NCBI GenBank assembly: GCA_016235455.1
Contig: JACRKZ010000017.1
Span: 1-64,000, forward strand
Length of the DNA stretch: 64,000 bases
Source of the DNA: Armatimonadota bacterium
GTDB lineage: Bacteria > Armatimonadota > UBA10988
Direction of reading: 5' to 3'
A program made the position numbers and the translations under genes. Under the pieces are notes generated by a model. It saw only the letters and a list, made by a program, of their open reading frames with translations, was not told the origin of the DNA and did not search any database. Each line of letters starts with the position of its first letter. Position 1 is the stretch's first letter. Positions 26,877-36,115 of this stretch are shown here, in pieces.

Positions 26877-28886
26877 TCACTCAAACGCACGCTGGCCCGG
26901 CAGCGGCAGCCATTGCGGCGACCGGCCGGGCAGCCACACGCTGTCACCGCCATCGGTGGCGGCTACCCACAGCTCATTGTCGGGCCAAACCGCCACCACG
27001 TAACGGCCATCGGGCGAAACCGTCAGCGGGCCGCGCACCCGCCACCGCGTGGCCGCCACGACGCTCGTCCGGCCGTCGCGCGGGTCGACTGACAGCAGCC
27101 GCGAGCCCTCGCCGTCGTGCCCCAGCACAGCCAGCCGCCCGTCGGGCAGGGCCGCCAGCGCATCAGCCTCCAGCGGCAGCGCCACCGTCCGCGCCGCATC
27201 GCCGCCCAGCGCCCGCAGACGGAGTTCGCCCGACATCGCCGACGGCAGCCAGGCCACATGGCTGCCCGTCGCCGCCAGGTCCGTGGCCGCCAGCGGCTCG
27301 ACCACCACGTCGCGCGCCTCGCCCACTACGGCATAGGCCGCCTCGCTGGGCCGCGCCAGCACCCGCTGGCCCGCCGCGATCCAGACCGCTTGGCAACCTG
27401 GGCGATCGGCGGTCAGCAAGGCCGCCCCGTCGCCGCGCCACGCCACGGGATAGCCCGTGCCGTACACTTCGGCCCGGCCGCCCTCGGTCTCGACCAGCAC
27501 CACGCGACCGTCACGCCGAGCCGCCAGGCGCTGGCCGTCAAGCGCCCACACGACGTCGTTCAGCCGGCCCACCTGTCGCACCAGCCGCGGCTGATCGAGC
27601 CCCAACAACAGCCCTTCCTCCGCCGCCGCGACCGTCAGTCTGGCATCAACCCACCATTGGCCCGCGCCAGGCGCCACCAGCCGCGACTCGCCGGGCCGCA
27701 CCAGCCGCAGCCCGTCGGCTGCCGCGATGGCCAACTGGCGCGCGCTGCCGGCCAACGGCGTGCCCTCCGCCACCTGCCGCGGCGTCTTCCAGCCGGCGCG
27801 CCACAACCCGGTCTTGCCGCCCAGGTCCAGTGCCAGCAGGTTGGCGTCCTCGGCGGCCACCTGGTCCAGCAGGCGGCGCACCACGCTGGCCTCGGTGATT
27901 AGCGCGCTATGGTCCAGTCCCCGCGCGATGAGCGTGGCCAGGCCCGGCCGCGGCGACCGCGCCTGCGCCGGCGAGTCCACCGACGACAGCGTCAGCGGCG
28001 TGCCTGGCGCCAGCCACAGCGCCGAGTCGAGGGGGACAATGCCGTCGCTCACGGTGTACGCCGCCAACGCCGCGCCATCAGCGGCGCGCAGCCCGTGGGC
28101 CAGCAGCGCCGCGCCGGCCTCGAGCTCGCGCCCGCCGCGCAGTTGCCCGCCCAGCTTCCACAGCCCGAGCTCGCCGACCGTGGGCAGATACGCGGCCAGC
28201 AGCCGGTAGCGCCGCAGCCACTCGTCGCGGTCGGGGTGGCGCGCGAAGCGGCGGTTGGCTTCGGCCAGCCAGCGGCCCTCGCCGAGCCAGACGTCCGGCG
28301 GCATGAGCCCGTCGTAGTTGTCCCAGCCCAGGTCGCGGCCACCCTCGCTGCGCAGCGCACGGAAGATGTCGACCCGGTAGAGCAGTTCAGCCAGGCCGGT
28401 AGGCACGATGCTGAGCCAGCCCGAGTACTTGCTGCTGTGCGTCAGCCAGCCCAGATTGGCCGCCGGCGTACCGTGGTGCGGCGTGCCCACGGTGTAGACC
28501 GCCGCGATGCGGTCCAGCGCGCCGGCACCCGACTCGGCCCATTCACGCGCCACCAGCCCGCCCATGCTGTGGCCGACCAGCACCACCGGGCGCCCGGCCA
28601 ACTCAGCCTGCGCGGCCAGCTCGTCGCTGAGCTGCTCGGCGTTGGCGCGCACTGGCCGGCGCCAGTCATAGGCGAAGCGGTAGAGCCGGCAGCGGCGCGC
28701 GAAGGTGGGATGCTCGGCCGCGGCCCGCGCCAGCGCCTGCCACACCGAGGCGTCGGCGTTCCAGCCGTGAAGCAGCACCACCGGCTGCCGTGAGCCCAGG
28801 GGCAGACCATCCTCGGGCACCAGCCGCGCGCTCGCCGCGCTCAGCGCCAGCAGCAGCCCACCGATTCTACACAACAGAAGTCGCAT
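26877..28886 (-). CDS. Secreted lipase/esterase (PGAP1-like) with beta-propeller-like C-terminus
   Basis: VLLHGW, GHSMGGL, GTPHHG, SDGIVP, DHS; WALDG, WRGDG, SPDGR repeats. Confidence 0.8.
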   Translation of the reverse strand: MRLLLCRIGGLLLALSAASARLVPEDGLPLGSRQPVVLLHGWNADASVWQALARAAAEHPTFARRCRLYRFAYDWRRPVRANAEQLSDELAAQAELAGRPVVLVGHSMGGLVAREWAESGAGALDRIAAVYTVGTPHHGTPAANLGWLTHSSKYSGWLSIVPTGLAELLYRVDIFRALRSEGGRDLGWDNYDGLMPPDVWLGEGRWLAEANRRFARHPDRDEWLRRYRLLAAYLPTVGELGLWKLGGQLRGGRELEAGAALLAHGLRAADGAALAAYTVSDGIVPLDSALWLAPGTPLTLSSVDSPAQARSPRPGLATLIARGLDHSALITEASVVRRLLDQVAAEDANLLALDLGGKTGLWRAGWKTPRQVAEGTPLAGSARQLAIAAADGLRLVRPGESRLVAPGAGQWWVDARLTVAAAEEGLLLGLDQPRLVRQVGRLNDVVWALDGQRLAARRDGRVVLVETEGGRAEVYGTGYPVAWRGDGAALLTADRPGCQAVWIAAGQRVLARPSEAAYAVVGEARDVVVEPLAATDLAATGSHVAWLPSAMSGELRLRALGGDAARTVALPLEADALAALPDGRLAVLGHDGEGSRLLSVDPRDGRTSVVAATRWRVRGPLTVSPDGRYVVAVWPDNELWVAATDGGDSVWLPGRSPQWLPLPGQRAFE

Positions 28887-29001
28887 GTCCGAGAGCTTAT
28901 CATGCCAACGGGGGCCGGGCGACCGGTCCGGCTGGTCCGGCGGATTGAGGCTGTGTAACCCCGTCGAAGGACCCGAGCCCTCGTCGCCGAACCCCATCAC
29001 C

Positions 29002-29751
29002 ATGTACGACGAACTCTCCGCCATCTACGATCGCTTCATCGACTGGCCAGCGCGCCTCGCTCGCGAGCTGCCGCCGCTGCTGGCCTGGCTGGGCGAGGCA
29101 CGCGCCGTGGCCGACGTGGCCTGCGGCACGGGCGGGCACAGCCTGGCCCTGGCCCAGCACGGCTACACCGTGACCGGCTTCGACATCAGCGGCTCGGCCC
29201 TGGACAGCGCGCGCGCCCGAGCCGCCGAGACCGGCTCCCGCGCGGAGTTCGTCAAGGCCGGCTACGGCGAGCTGGCCGCCAGCGGGCGCGGCCCGTTCGA
29301 CGCGGTCATTTCGCTGGGCAACTCGCTGCCCCACGTCACCGACCAGCCCAGCCTGCACGCCGCCTTCAGCGATTTCGGCAAGGCCTTGCGACCGGGCGGT
29401 CGACTGCTGCTGGGCATGCGCAACCTGCCCCGCGCCATCGCCCACGGCGAGCGCTGGCTGCCGCCCAAGGGCTGCCTCGATCCCGACGGCACCGAATGGC
29501 TGTTCGACCGCTTCTACGACTGGCGATCGCACGGCCTGGTCGACTTCAACTTCGTCGTCTACCGCCGAGCCGAAGCGGCTCAGCCGTGGCAGCGAGAGGT
29601 CCATACGACGCGCTTGCGCGCCTGGCCGCTGTCCGTCCTGACCGACCTGCTCGACGGCTGGCACGATGTCGCTCTGCTGGCCAATCTGGCCGGCCAGCCC
29701 TTTGACCCCGCTGGCAGCGGCGACCTGATCATCTCCGCGCGGCGGCCCTGA
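29002..29751 (+). CDS. Class I SAM-dependent methyltransferase
   Basis: DVACGTG, GFDIS, FDAVISLGNSLPH, LRPGG. Confidence 0.9.
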   Translation: MYDELSAIYDRFIDWPARLARELPPLLAWLGEARAVADVACGTGGHSLALAQHGYTVTGFDISGSALDSARARAAETGSRAEFVKAGYGELAASGRGPFDAVISLGNSLPHVTDQPSLHAAFSDFGKALRPGGRLLLGMRNLPRAIAHGERWLPPKGCLDPDGTEWLFDRFYDWRSHGLVDFNFVVYRRAEAAQPWQREVHTTRLRAWPLSVLTDLLDGWHDVALLANLAGQPFDPAGSGDLIISARRP

Positions 29752-29782
29752 CTCGCTATACTCATGCCCGAGGAGCCCTTCG

Positions 29783-31828
29783 ATGTCGCATCGTTACCTG
29801 CCGCTCGCCCCCCGCTGCCCGCACATGCTCCACGGTGGTGACTACAACCCCGACCAGTGGCCGCCCGAGGTGTGGGACGAGGACATGCGCCTCATGAACC
29901 TGGCCGGCTGCAACGCCATGTCGGTCGGCATCTTCGCCTGGGCCCGGCTGGAACCCGCCGAGGGCCAGTACGACTTCGGCTGGCTCGATACCATCATGGA
30001 CAAGCTGGCCGACAACAACGCCGTCGCCGTGCTGGCCACGCCCAGCGGCGCGCGACCGGCCTGGATGTCGGCGGCCTACCCCGAAGTGCTGCGCTGCGGG
30101 CCCAACCGCGTGCGCAATCTGCATGGCGCGCGGCACAATCACTGCTACACCTCGCCGGTCTACCGCCAGAAGACCGCCGCGATCAACCGCCTGCTGGCCG
30201 AGCGCTATGCCAAGCATCCGGCGCTGGCCGTGTGGCACATCTCCAACGAGTATGGCGGCGCCTGCTACTGCCCGCTGTGCGAGGCGGCCTTCCGCGAGTG
30301 GCTCAAAGCGCGCTACGGCTCGCTCGATGCGCTCAACGCCGCCTGGTGGACCTCGTTCTGGGCGCATACCTACACCGACTGGTCGCAGGTGGAAGCACCC
30401 GCGCCGCACGGTGAAGGCTCGGTGCATGGGCTCAACCTGGACTGGAAGCGCTTCGTCACCGACCAGACGCTCGACTTCTATCGCCACGAAATCGCCCCGT
30501 TGCGCGAGCTGACGCCCGATCTGCCCATCACCACCAACTTCATGGGCACCTACCCGGGCCTCAACTACTGGAAGTTCGTGGGCGACCTGGACGTCGTCTC
30601 GTGGGACAACTACCCTTCCTGGCACTCTGGCCAGTCGGACGCCGAGACCGCCGTCGGCGTGTCCATGGTCAACGATATCTACCGCGCCATGAAAGGCGGC
30701 CGGCCCTGGATGCTCATGGAGTCCACGCCGTCCATGACCAACTGGCAGCAAGTCTGCAAGCTCAAGCGGCCCGGGATGCACCTGCTGGCCAGCCTGCAGG
30801 CCGTCGCTCACGGCTCGGATACGGTGCAGTACTTCCAGTGGCGCAAGAGCCGCGGCTCCTCGGAGAAGTTCCACGGCGCCGTGGTCGACCATGTCGGCCA
30901 TGAGCATACCCGCGTGTTCAGCGACGTGGCCCAGGTCGGCGCCGCGCTGGCCCGGCTCGACGATGTGGTCGGCACCACCTGCCTGCCCGACGTGGCGCTC
31001 ATCTACGACTGGGAGAACGAGTGGGCCATGGCCGACGCCCAGGGCCCGCGCCAGCAGAAGGGCTATCACGGCGCCGTGCTCGACCACTACCGCCCCTTCT
31101 GGCAGGCCGGCATCCCCGTCGACGTCATCGATTCCGTGCAGGACTACAGCCGCTACCGGCTGCTCATCGCGCCGATGCTGTACATGCTGCGGCCCGGCGT
31201 GGCCGAGCGCATGCAGGCCTTCGTCGAGGCCGGCGGCACGCTGGTCACCACCTACCACAGCGGCATCGTCAACGAGAGCGACCTGTGCTTCCTGACCGGC
31301 TGGCCGGGGCCGCTGCGAGGGCTCCTGGGCATCTGGAACGAGGAGATCGACGCGCTCTACGAGGGGCAGACGCAGACCATCGCGCCGTCCAACGACTTTT
31401 GCGGACTGTCGGGCAGCTACCAGGCGCGTGACCTCTGCGCGCTGATCTGGGCCGAGACCGCGCAGGTCCTGGCCACCTACGAGACCGACTTCTACGCCGG
31501 CAACCCCGCGGTCACCGTCAATCACATTGGCGCCGGCCGTGCCTACTACGTCGCGCCGCGCATGGACCAGCGCTTCCAGTCCGACTTCCTGCTGCAGCTT
31601 GCCGCTGATCTGGGCATCGAGCGCGTGCTGCCGGGCCAGCTGCCCGACGGCGTCACCGCTCAGCTGCGCACCGATGGTGAACGCGAGTTTGTCTTCGTCC
31701 TCAACTTCACCACCGAAGCCCAACGCGTCGAGATCGGCGAAGGCTGGACCAACCTGCTCACCGGCGAGGCGTGTTCCACCGCCCTCCGCCTCGATGGCTA
31801 CGGCGTGGCGGTGCTGGCCAGCTCTTAG
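29783..31828 (+). CDS. Beta-galactosidase GH42
   Basis: GGDYNPDQW, GIFAWARLEP, WHISNEY, LMESTP, YFQWRKSRGSSEKFHG. Confidence 0.96.
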   Translation: MSHRYLPLAPRCPHMLHGGDYNPDQWPPEVWDEDMRLMNLAGCNAMSVGIFAWARLEPAEGQYDFGWLDTIMDKLADNNAVAVLATPSGARPAWMSAAYPEVLRCGPNRVRNLHGARHNHCYTSPVYRQKTAAINRLLAERYAKHPALAVWHISNEYGGACYCPLCEAAFREWLKARYGSLDALNAAWWTSFWAHTYTDWSQVEAPAPHGEGSVHGLNLDWKRFVTDQTLDFYRHEIAPLRELTPDLPITTNFMGTYPGLNYWKFVGDLDVVSWDNYPSWHSGQSDAETAVGVSMVNDIYRAMKGGRPWMLMESTPSMTNWQQVCKLKRPGMHLLASLQAVAHGSDTVQYFQWRKSRGSSEKFHGAVVDHVGHEHTRVFSDVAQVGAALARLDDVVGTTCLPDVALIYDWENEWAMADAQGPRQQKGYHGAVLDHYRPFWQAGIPVDVIDSVQDYSRYRLLIAPMLYMLRPGVAERMQAFVEAGGTLVTTYHSGIVNESDLCFLTGWPGPLRGLLGIWNEEIDALYEGQTQTIAPSNDFCGLSGSYQARDLCALIWAETAQVLATYETDFYAGNPAVTVNHIGAGRAYYVAPRMDQRFQSDFLLQLAADLGIERVLPGQLPDGVTAQLRTDGEREFVFVLNFTTEAQRVEIGEGWTNLLTGEACSTALRLDGYGVAVLASS

Positions 31829-31836
31829 CGGCAGAA

Positions 31837-31908
31837 GATCCACAGATGACGCAGATGACACAGAGAGGCGCATCCGTCCATCTGTGTAATCTGTGTCATC
31901 TGTGGATC
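31837..31908. repeat. 9-mer-unit palindromic element, copy B
   Basis: GATCCACAGATGACGCAGATGACACAGA ... TCTGTGTAATCTGTGTCATCTGTGGATC. Confidence 0.9.
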
Positions 31909-31930
31909 AATACACCCAAGGGGAGAAGCC

Positions 31931-33469
31931 ATGCTGGCGCGTGTGGAATCGGTCGCTTTGGTGGGGATCGACGCGGTACCCGTGCTCGTGGAAGCCGACG
32001 CCAACCCCGCCGCTGAACGCAAGACGCTGGTCGTCGGCCTGCCCGACGCCGAGGTCAAGGAAGCTCAGGAACGCGTCTGGGTGGCCATTCGTAACAGCGG
32101 CTTCCACCCGCATACCGGCCGCATGACCATCAGCCTGGCACCGTCGGACCTGCGCAAGCAGGGGAGCCACTTCGACCTGCCCATGGCGCTGGCCCACCTG
32201 GCCTCCACCGGACAGGTCGAGCGCCAGGACCTGTCCGACTTCTGCGTGCTCGGCGAACTGGGCCTCGATGGCGGGCTGCATCCGGTGCCCGGCGTGCTCT
32301 CCGCCGCCATCGGCGCGCGCGACAGCGGCAAGCGCGCCCTGTTCGTGCCCGCCGAGAACGGACCCGAGGCCGCCGTGGTCGACGGGCTGCGCGTGTATGG
32401 CATCAGCTCGCTGGCCGAGGTGGTCGAGTTCTTCAACGGCCAACGCGACCTGGAGCCGCTGCCGCACCACCTCGACGGCCTCGACCTGGACGCTCCCGAG
32501 TACGAAGTCGACTTCGCCGACGTCAAGGGCCAGGATCATGTCAAACGTGCTTTAGAAGTGGCCGCCGCCGGTGGGCACAACCTGCTGCTCATCGGCCCGC
32601 CGGGCGCCGGCAAGACCATGCTGGCGCGCCGCCTGCCGACCATTCTGCCGCCGCTGAGCCAGGCGGAGGCCTTGGAGACCAGCCGCATCTACTCGGTGGC
32701 CGGCATGATCCCTTCAGGCCGTTCGCTGCTTGTGGCGCGGCCCTTCCGCTGCCCGCATCACACCATCTCCAACGCGGGCCTGGTGGGCGGTGGCGCGCCG
32801 CCGCGGCCGGGCGAGGTCAGCCTGGCCCACCACGGCGTGCTGTTCCTCGATGAGTTGCTGGAGTTCCCGCGCACGGTGCTGGAAGTGCTGCGCCAGCCGC
32901 TGGAAGACGGCCACGTGACCATCGCCCGCGCCTCGGGCACAGTGCAATTCCCCTCCAGCGTGATGCTGGTGGCGGCCATGAACCCCTCGCCGTCGGGCGA
33001 TTTCCTCGACCCCGTGCGCGCCACCCGCGCCCAGATCACCGCCCAGGAGCGCTACCTGGCCCGCCTCTCCGGCCCGCTGCTCGACCGCATCGACATGCAC
33101 ATCGAAGTGCCGCCGCTGACCAAGGACGAACTGGTCGGCAAGCCCCGCGGCGAAGCCTCCGCCGCCATCCGCGTGCGCGTGCAGATGTCGCGCGACCGCC
33201 AGGCGGCGCGCTTCAAAGGGACCCGCATCCACTGCAACGCCGAGATGAGCAGCCGCCTGCTGCGCAAGCACTGCGTACTCGGCGTGGATGGGCAGGCGCT
33301 GCTGCAACGGGCGGTGGACCAGCTGGGGCTGTCGGCTCGGGCGTATGATCGTATTCTAAAGCTCGCTAGGACCATTGCGGACCTGGATGGGCAGGATGAG
33401 ATCCGGGTGCCGCATGTGGCGGAGGCTATTCAGTACCGGTCGTTGGATCGGAAGTTGTGGAGGGGGTGA
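31931..33469 (+). CDS. comM: ComM/YifB Mg-chelatase-like AAA+ ATPase
   Basis: VGLPD, GSHFDLP, GPPGAGKT, PHHTIS, GEVSLAHHGVLFLDE, SGPLLDRID, LSARAYDRILKLARTIADL. Confidence 0.96.
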   Translation: MLARVESVALVGIDAVPVLVEADANPAAERKTLVVGLPDAEVKEAQERVWVAIRNSGFHPHTGRMTISLAPSDLRKQGSHFDLPMALAHLASTGQVERQDLSDFCVLGELGLDGGLHPVPGVLSAAIGARDSGKRALFVPAENGPEAAVVDGLRVYGISSLAEVVEFFNGQRDLEPLPHHLDGLDLDAPEYEVDFADVKGQDHVKRALEVAAAGGHNLLLIGPPGAGKTMLARRLPTILPPLSQAEALETSRIYSVAGMIPSGRSLLVARPFRCPHHTISNAGLVGGGAPPRPGEVSLAHHGVLFLDELLEFPRTVLEVLRQPLEDGHVTIARASGTVQFPSSVMLVAAMNPSPSGDFLDPVRATRAQITAQERYLARLSGPLLDRIDMHIEVPPLTKDELVGKPRGEASAAIRVRVQMSRDRQAARFKGTRIHCNAEMSSRLLRKHCVLGVDGQALLQRAVDQLGLSARAYDRILKLARTIADLDGQDEIRVPHVAEAIQYRSLDRKLWRG

Positions 33470-34350
33470 TGAAGCTACAGAGGCCGAGCCTTCGGAAGCT
33501 TGCGGACATGATATGCGGCAACGGCGAAGGCACGCCATTCCCCTATCGCACGTCGTCCCAGCTCACGGTCTTCTTCACTGACTGCGATCTAGACATGGTG
33601 CATGACGGTTCGACGAGAGCCGGGTGGGTGCTTGACCAACTCCTGGCGTTGAACGCTAGCGGTTCGGATCGAGACCCTCTGCCTGCACCCGCGTTGCGAC
33701 GCGTAATCGAGCACCTGATGTCTCCGCTGCAATGGAGCAGCCAGGAGAGTGAGCGAAGGCCGGAGGCCATCAAGGCAGTACAAGAGTTGCTGGTGAAACA
33801 CGGTCTGGCGGTCAGCGACGACCCGGCTACGGGCGAGCCCTTGCTCCTTTCGACCTCCAGTGCGGCTTGCGCGACAGCCGCGGGCGGCCGAGCCGCCCCG
33901 CGCCATCTCATCTGCCGGCCAACGGCCTTCGCCGCGCCAGAACACGACGTAGTGAGCGCCGACTTGGTCACTGTCATGATGCCTTTCGGCCAGGGGTTCG
34001 ACGCAGTCTACGAAACCATCAGGAGTGCTTGCTCAGATGCAGGATTTGACTGCAAGCGTGCTGATGATGTTTGGCAGAGCGAGAGCATCCTCCAGGACGT
34101 GTTCGATCTGATCTTAAGTGCGGCCGTCGTCGTCGTGGACTGGACTGGCAGAAACCCGAATGTCATGTACGAGACCGGTATTGCGCACACCATCGGCAAG
34201 GCTGTCGTGCCGATCGCCCAGCACCCAAGCGACGCTCCGACCGACCTGTCAAACCACCGCTACTTGCGCTACCTGAGCAATCAGGAGGGCCTCGCCAACC
34301 TGCGACAGAGGTTGGCAGCTCGGCTGGCCACACTACGCGGTGACGCTTAG
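33469..34350 (+). CDS. Hypothetical protein: AbiJ-like N-terminal domain plus nucleoside 2-deoxyribosyltransferase/TIR-like domain
   Basis: ADMICG...PYRTSSQLTVFF...HDGSTRAGWV; VMMPF...RADD...DWTGRNPNVMYETGIAH; atypical codon use; TGATG coupling to comM. Confidence 0.7.
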   Translation: MKLQRPSLRKLADMICGNGEGTPFPYRTSSQLTVFFTDCDLDMVHDGSTRAGWVLDQLLALNASGSDRDPLPAPALRRVIEHLMSPLQWSSQESERRPEAIKAVQELLVKHGLAVSDDPATGEPLLLSTSSAACATAAGGRAAPRHLICRPTAFAAPEHDVVSADLVTVMMPFGQGFDAVYETIRSACSDAGFDCKRADDVWQSESILQDVFDLILSAAVVVVDWTGRNPNVMYETGIAHTIGKAVVPIAQHPSDAPTDLSNHRYLRYLSNQEGLANLRQRLAARLATLRGDA

Positions 34351-34455
34351 GAGGGGCGGTCCGCACGGGCATCAATGGCAGCAACGGTAGCACAATGGGA
34401 CGCAACCCTTTCCAGGAGCCTGTGGGCCACCCCGCCGCCCTCAGGCGGCAACCGT

Positions 34456-34536
34456 TGGTCGCGTATGGTACCCGGCGGCGTACGGCCGATCCGCCGGCTT
34501 CGCCGTCGTTGCGGGCGTGGACGCCCGCGCTCCCAG
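34456..34536. repeat. Degenerate REP-like palindromes in islet spacer
   Basis: GCGGGCGTGGACGCCCGCGCTCCCA hairpin with a weaker partner near 34466. Confidence 0.5.
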
Positions 34537-34549
34537 GGTCCTCGCCCCC

Positions 34550-35758
34550 TCACCCCCGCTCACCCGAACACCCGAACACCCGCCGCACCTGCCCCGATCC
34601 CAGCAGCGATCGGTGCAGTTTGTAGGCGTCATGCTCGAACTGGTAGCGGCCAGCCACGACCGCCGGGCTAACCCGCCAGGCGCGAGCCCGGTCCGTGATC
34701 GCCTGGCGCGCCGGCACGCCTCCACGGACGAAGTCATCCCACTCGGCGGCGGGGATCATCGCATCCCGAGCGGCCTGGTCAGCCTCAGCCTCCAGGTCGT
34801 TGCTCTGCTCGGCGTCCAGATCGTCGATGAAGCCGGCCGGCTCGGGTTTGTTCAGGTGCAGCACCAAATGCGCCAGCTCGTGGCAGAGCGTGAACCAGAA
34901 CGAGTCGAGCCGGTCGTGGCGCAGGGTCAGCGCAACGATGACAGGCAGGCCGTCGACACGCAGCGCGGCGCCGTCGATGTGGGTCCTGGGCAGGTGTGGC
35001 TCCACAACGAAGCAGATGCCGTTTGCGGCGAGCAGATGGCCAGCCACCCGCGCGCCATCGGGTAGCTGGCTGAGGTGGGCGACCTCGGTCAAGAAGGTGC
35101 GGTCGAGAGTGCCCTGGTCGCGGGCCGCCACGTTCATGTCGCGCGCACGCCGCACCACACGCGCACGCCAGGCCCACAACGCGCAGTCATCGGCGGCCGA
35201 GCCCGCACGGACCTTTTGACGTGCGAGCATGGCCTGCGGCCGGAGCGGGCCGGCGGCGGAGAGCATCGGCCAGAGCAGCTCCTCGGCTCGCTCTTTGAGG
35301 TCGCCAAGGCTCGTGGCCAGACCCTCGAACCATCCACGCTTGTACATCTCGGCCAGCGGGAAGGCGGACCAGTCATCGACCGGGCACTCGGACAGCGCGG
35401 CGCCAGGCTCGGCGAGCAGCACCTCGGCCGGGATGCCCAGGCCCCGGTGCAGCCGACGGATCATGCTCAGGCTGAGCGTTCGCTTGCGGCTGAGCACCTC
35501 GGAGACCCGGCTCTTGCCGCCCAGGAACGGCTCCAGGTCAGCGCGCGTGAGTCCCTGCTGCTCCATGCGGAAAACGATGGCATCCACCGGATCCGGTAGC
35601 GGAATGGGGTAGTGCTCCTCCTCCCAGTCCCGAACCAGCTTCGACCACAGCTCCAGGGCGTCAGCCTCGGGCGTGCCGTCTTCGGCGCTCAGCAGGCTTG
35701 AGATGATCGCCAGAGCCTGCTCGTACTCAGCTTCTGTCTTGAGGACTTTGGGGCTCAT
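34550..35758 (-). CDS. higA: HigA-type HTH antitoxin fused to ImmA/IrrE metallopeptidase
   Basis: PDPVDAIVFRMEQQGL...KSRVSEVLSRKRTLSLSMIRRL; RLDSFWFTLCHELAH; EAEAD. Confidence 0.9.
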   Translation of the reverse strand: MSPKVLKTEAEYEQALAIISSLLSAEDGTPEADALELWSKLVRDWEEEHYPIPLPDPVDAIVFRMEQQGLTRADLEPFLGGKSRVSEVLSRKRTLSLSMIRRLHRGLGIPAEVLLAEPGAALSECPVDDWSAFPLAEMYKRGWFEGLATSLGDLKERAEELLWPMLSAAGPLRPQAMLARQKVRAGSAADDCALWAWRARVVRRARDMNVAARDQGTLDRTFLTEVAHLSQLPDGARVAGHLLAANGICFVVEPHLPRTHIDGAALRVDGLPVIVALTLRHDRLDSFWFTLCHELAHLVLHLNKPEPAGFIDDLDAEQSNDLEAEADQAARDAMIPAAEWDDFVRGGVPARQAITDRARAWRVSPAVVAGRYQFEHDAYKLHRSLLGSGQVRRVFGCSGERG

Positions 35759-36051
35759 CAGATCGTCTCCGCGTCGATTGCGTCGTACTCGGCGTGCGTG
35801 CCAATGAACCGCACATAGACCCGCTGGCCACGGTAGCAGACGTGGACCACCAGCCGGAACCGGTTGCCGCGGATGTTGAACACGACACGGTTGCTGCCAA
35901 TGATGCTCGCCGTGGCGTACTGCGCCTTGATGTCTTGCGGCGTCGCCCACGCGGCCTGCTCAGCTTCACGAAACCATGCGGCCAGATGCGGCTCGGCCTC
36001 GGGCCAGCGCGCCCAGAACTCGACCAGCGTCTTCCGTGCTATGACATGCAC
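35758..36051 (-). CDS. higB: HigB-family toxin
   Basis: MHVIARKTLVEFW...WATPQDIK...NRVVFNIRGNRFRLVV...FIGTHAEYD. Confidence 0.92.
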   Translation of the reverse strand: MHVIARKTLVEFWARWPEAEPHLAAWFREAEQAAWATPQDIKAQYATASIIGSNRVVFNIRGNRFRLVVHVCYRGQRVYVRFIGTHAEYDAIDAETI

Positions 36052-36089
36052 TAGCTTACTCCGGTTCCCACTCCAGAGCAATCCCCAGA

Positions 36090-36106
36090 GTTCCCAATTT
36101 GGTAAC
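36090..36106. promoter_or_regulatory. Probable HigA operator
   Basis: Near-palindrome GTTCCCAA-T-TTGGTAAC about 40 nt upstream of higB; second half-site GGTTCCCA at 36063. Confidence 0.55.
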
Positions 36107-36115
36107 CAGAGCGCC

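Noticed and set aside
28913-28945. GACCGGTCC GGCTGGTCC 9-mer-like stretch; also GGGGMGGAACCG at about 36845 and 52883
   Set aside because: Too short and degenerate to separate from GC-rich background by eye.
31837-31908. CRISPR-like appearance of the CAGAT repeats
   Set aside because: Units are 9 nt and adjacent, form inverted arms, have no unique spacers, and no cas genes are present.
34347-35065. Small ORFs in the islet spacer
   Set aside because: No RBS or motifs; they overlap REP-like palindromes or higA antisense.
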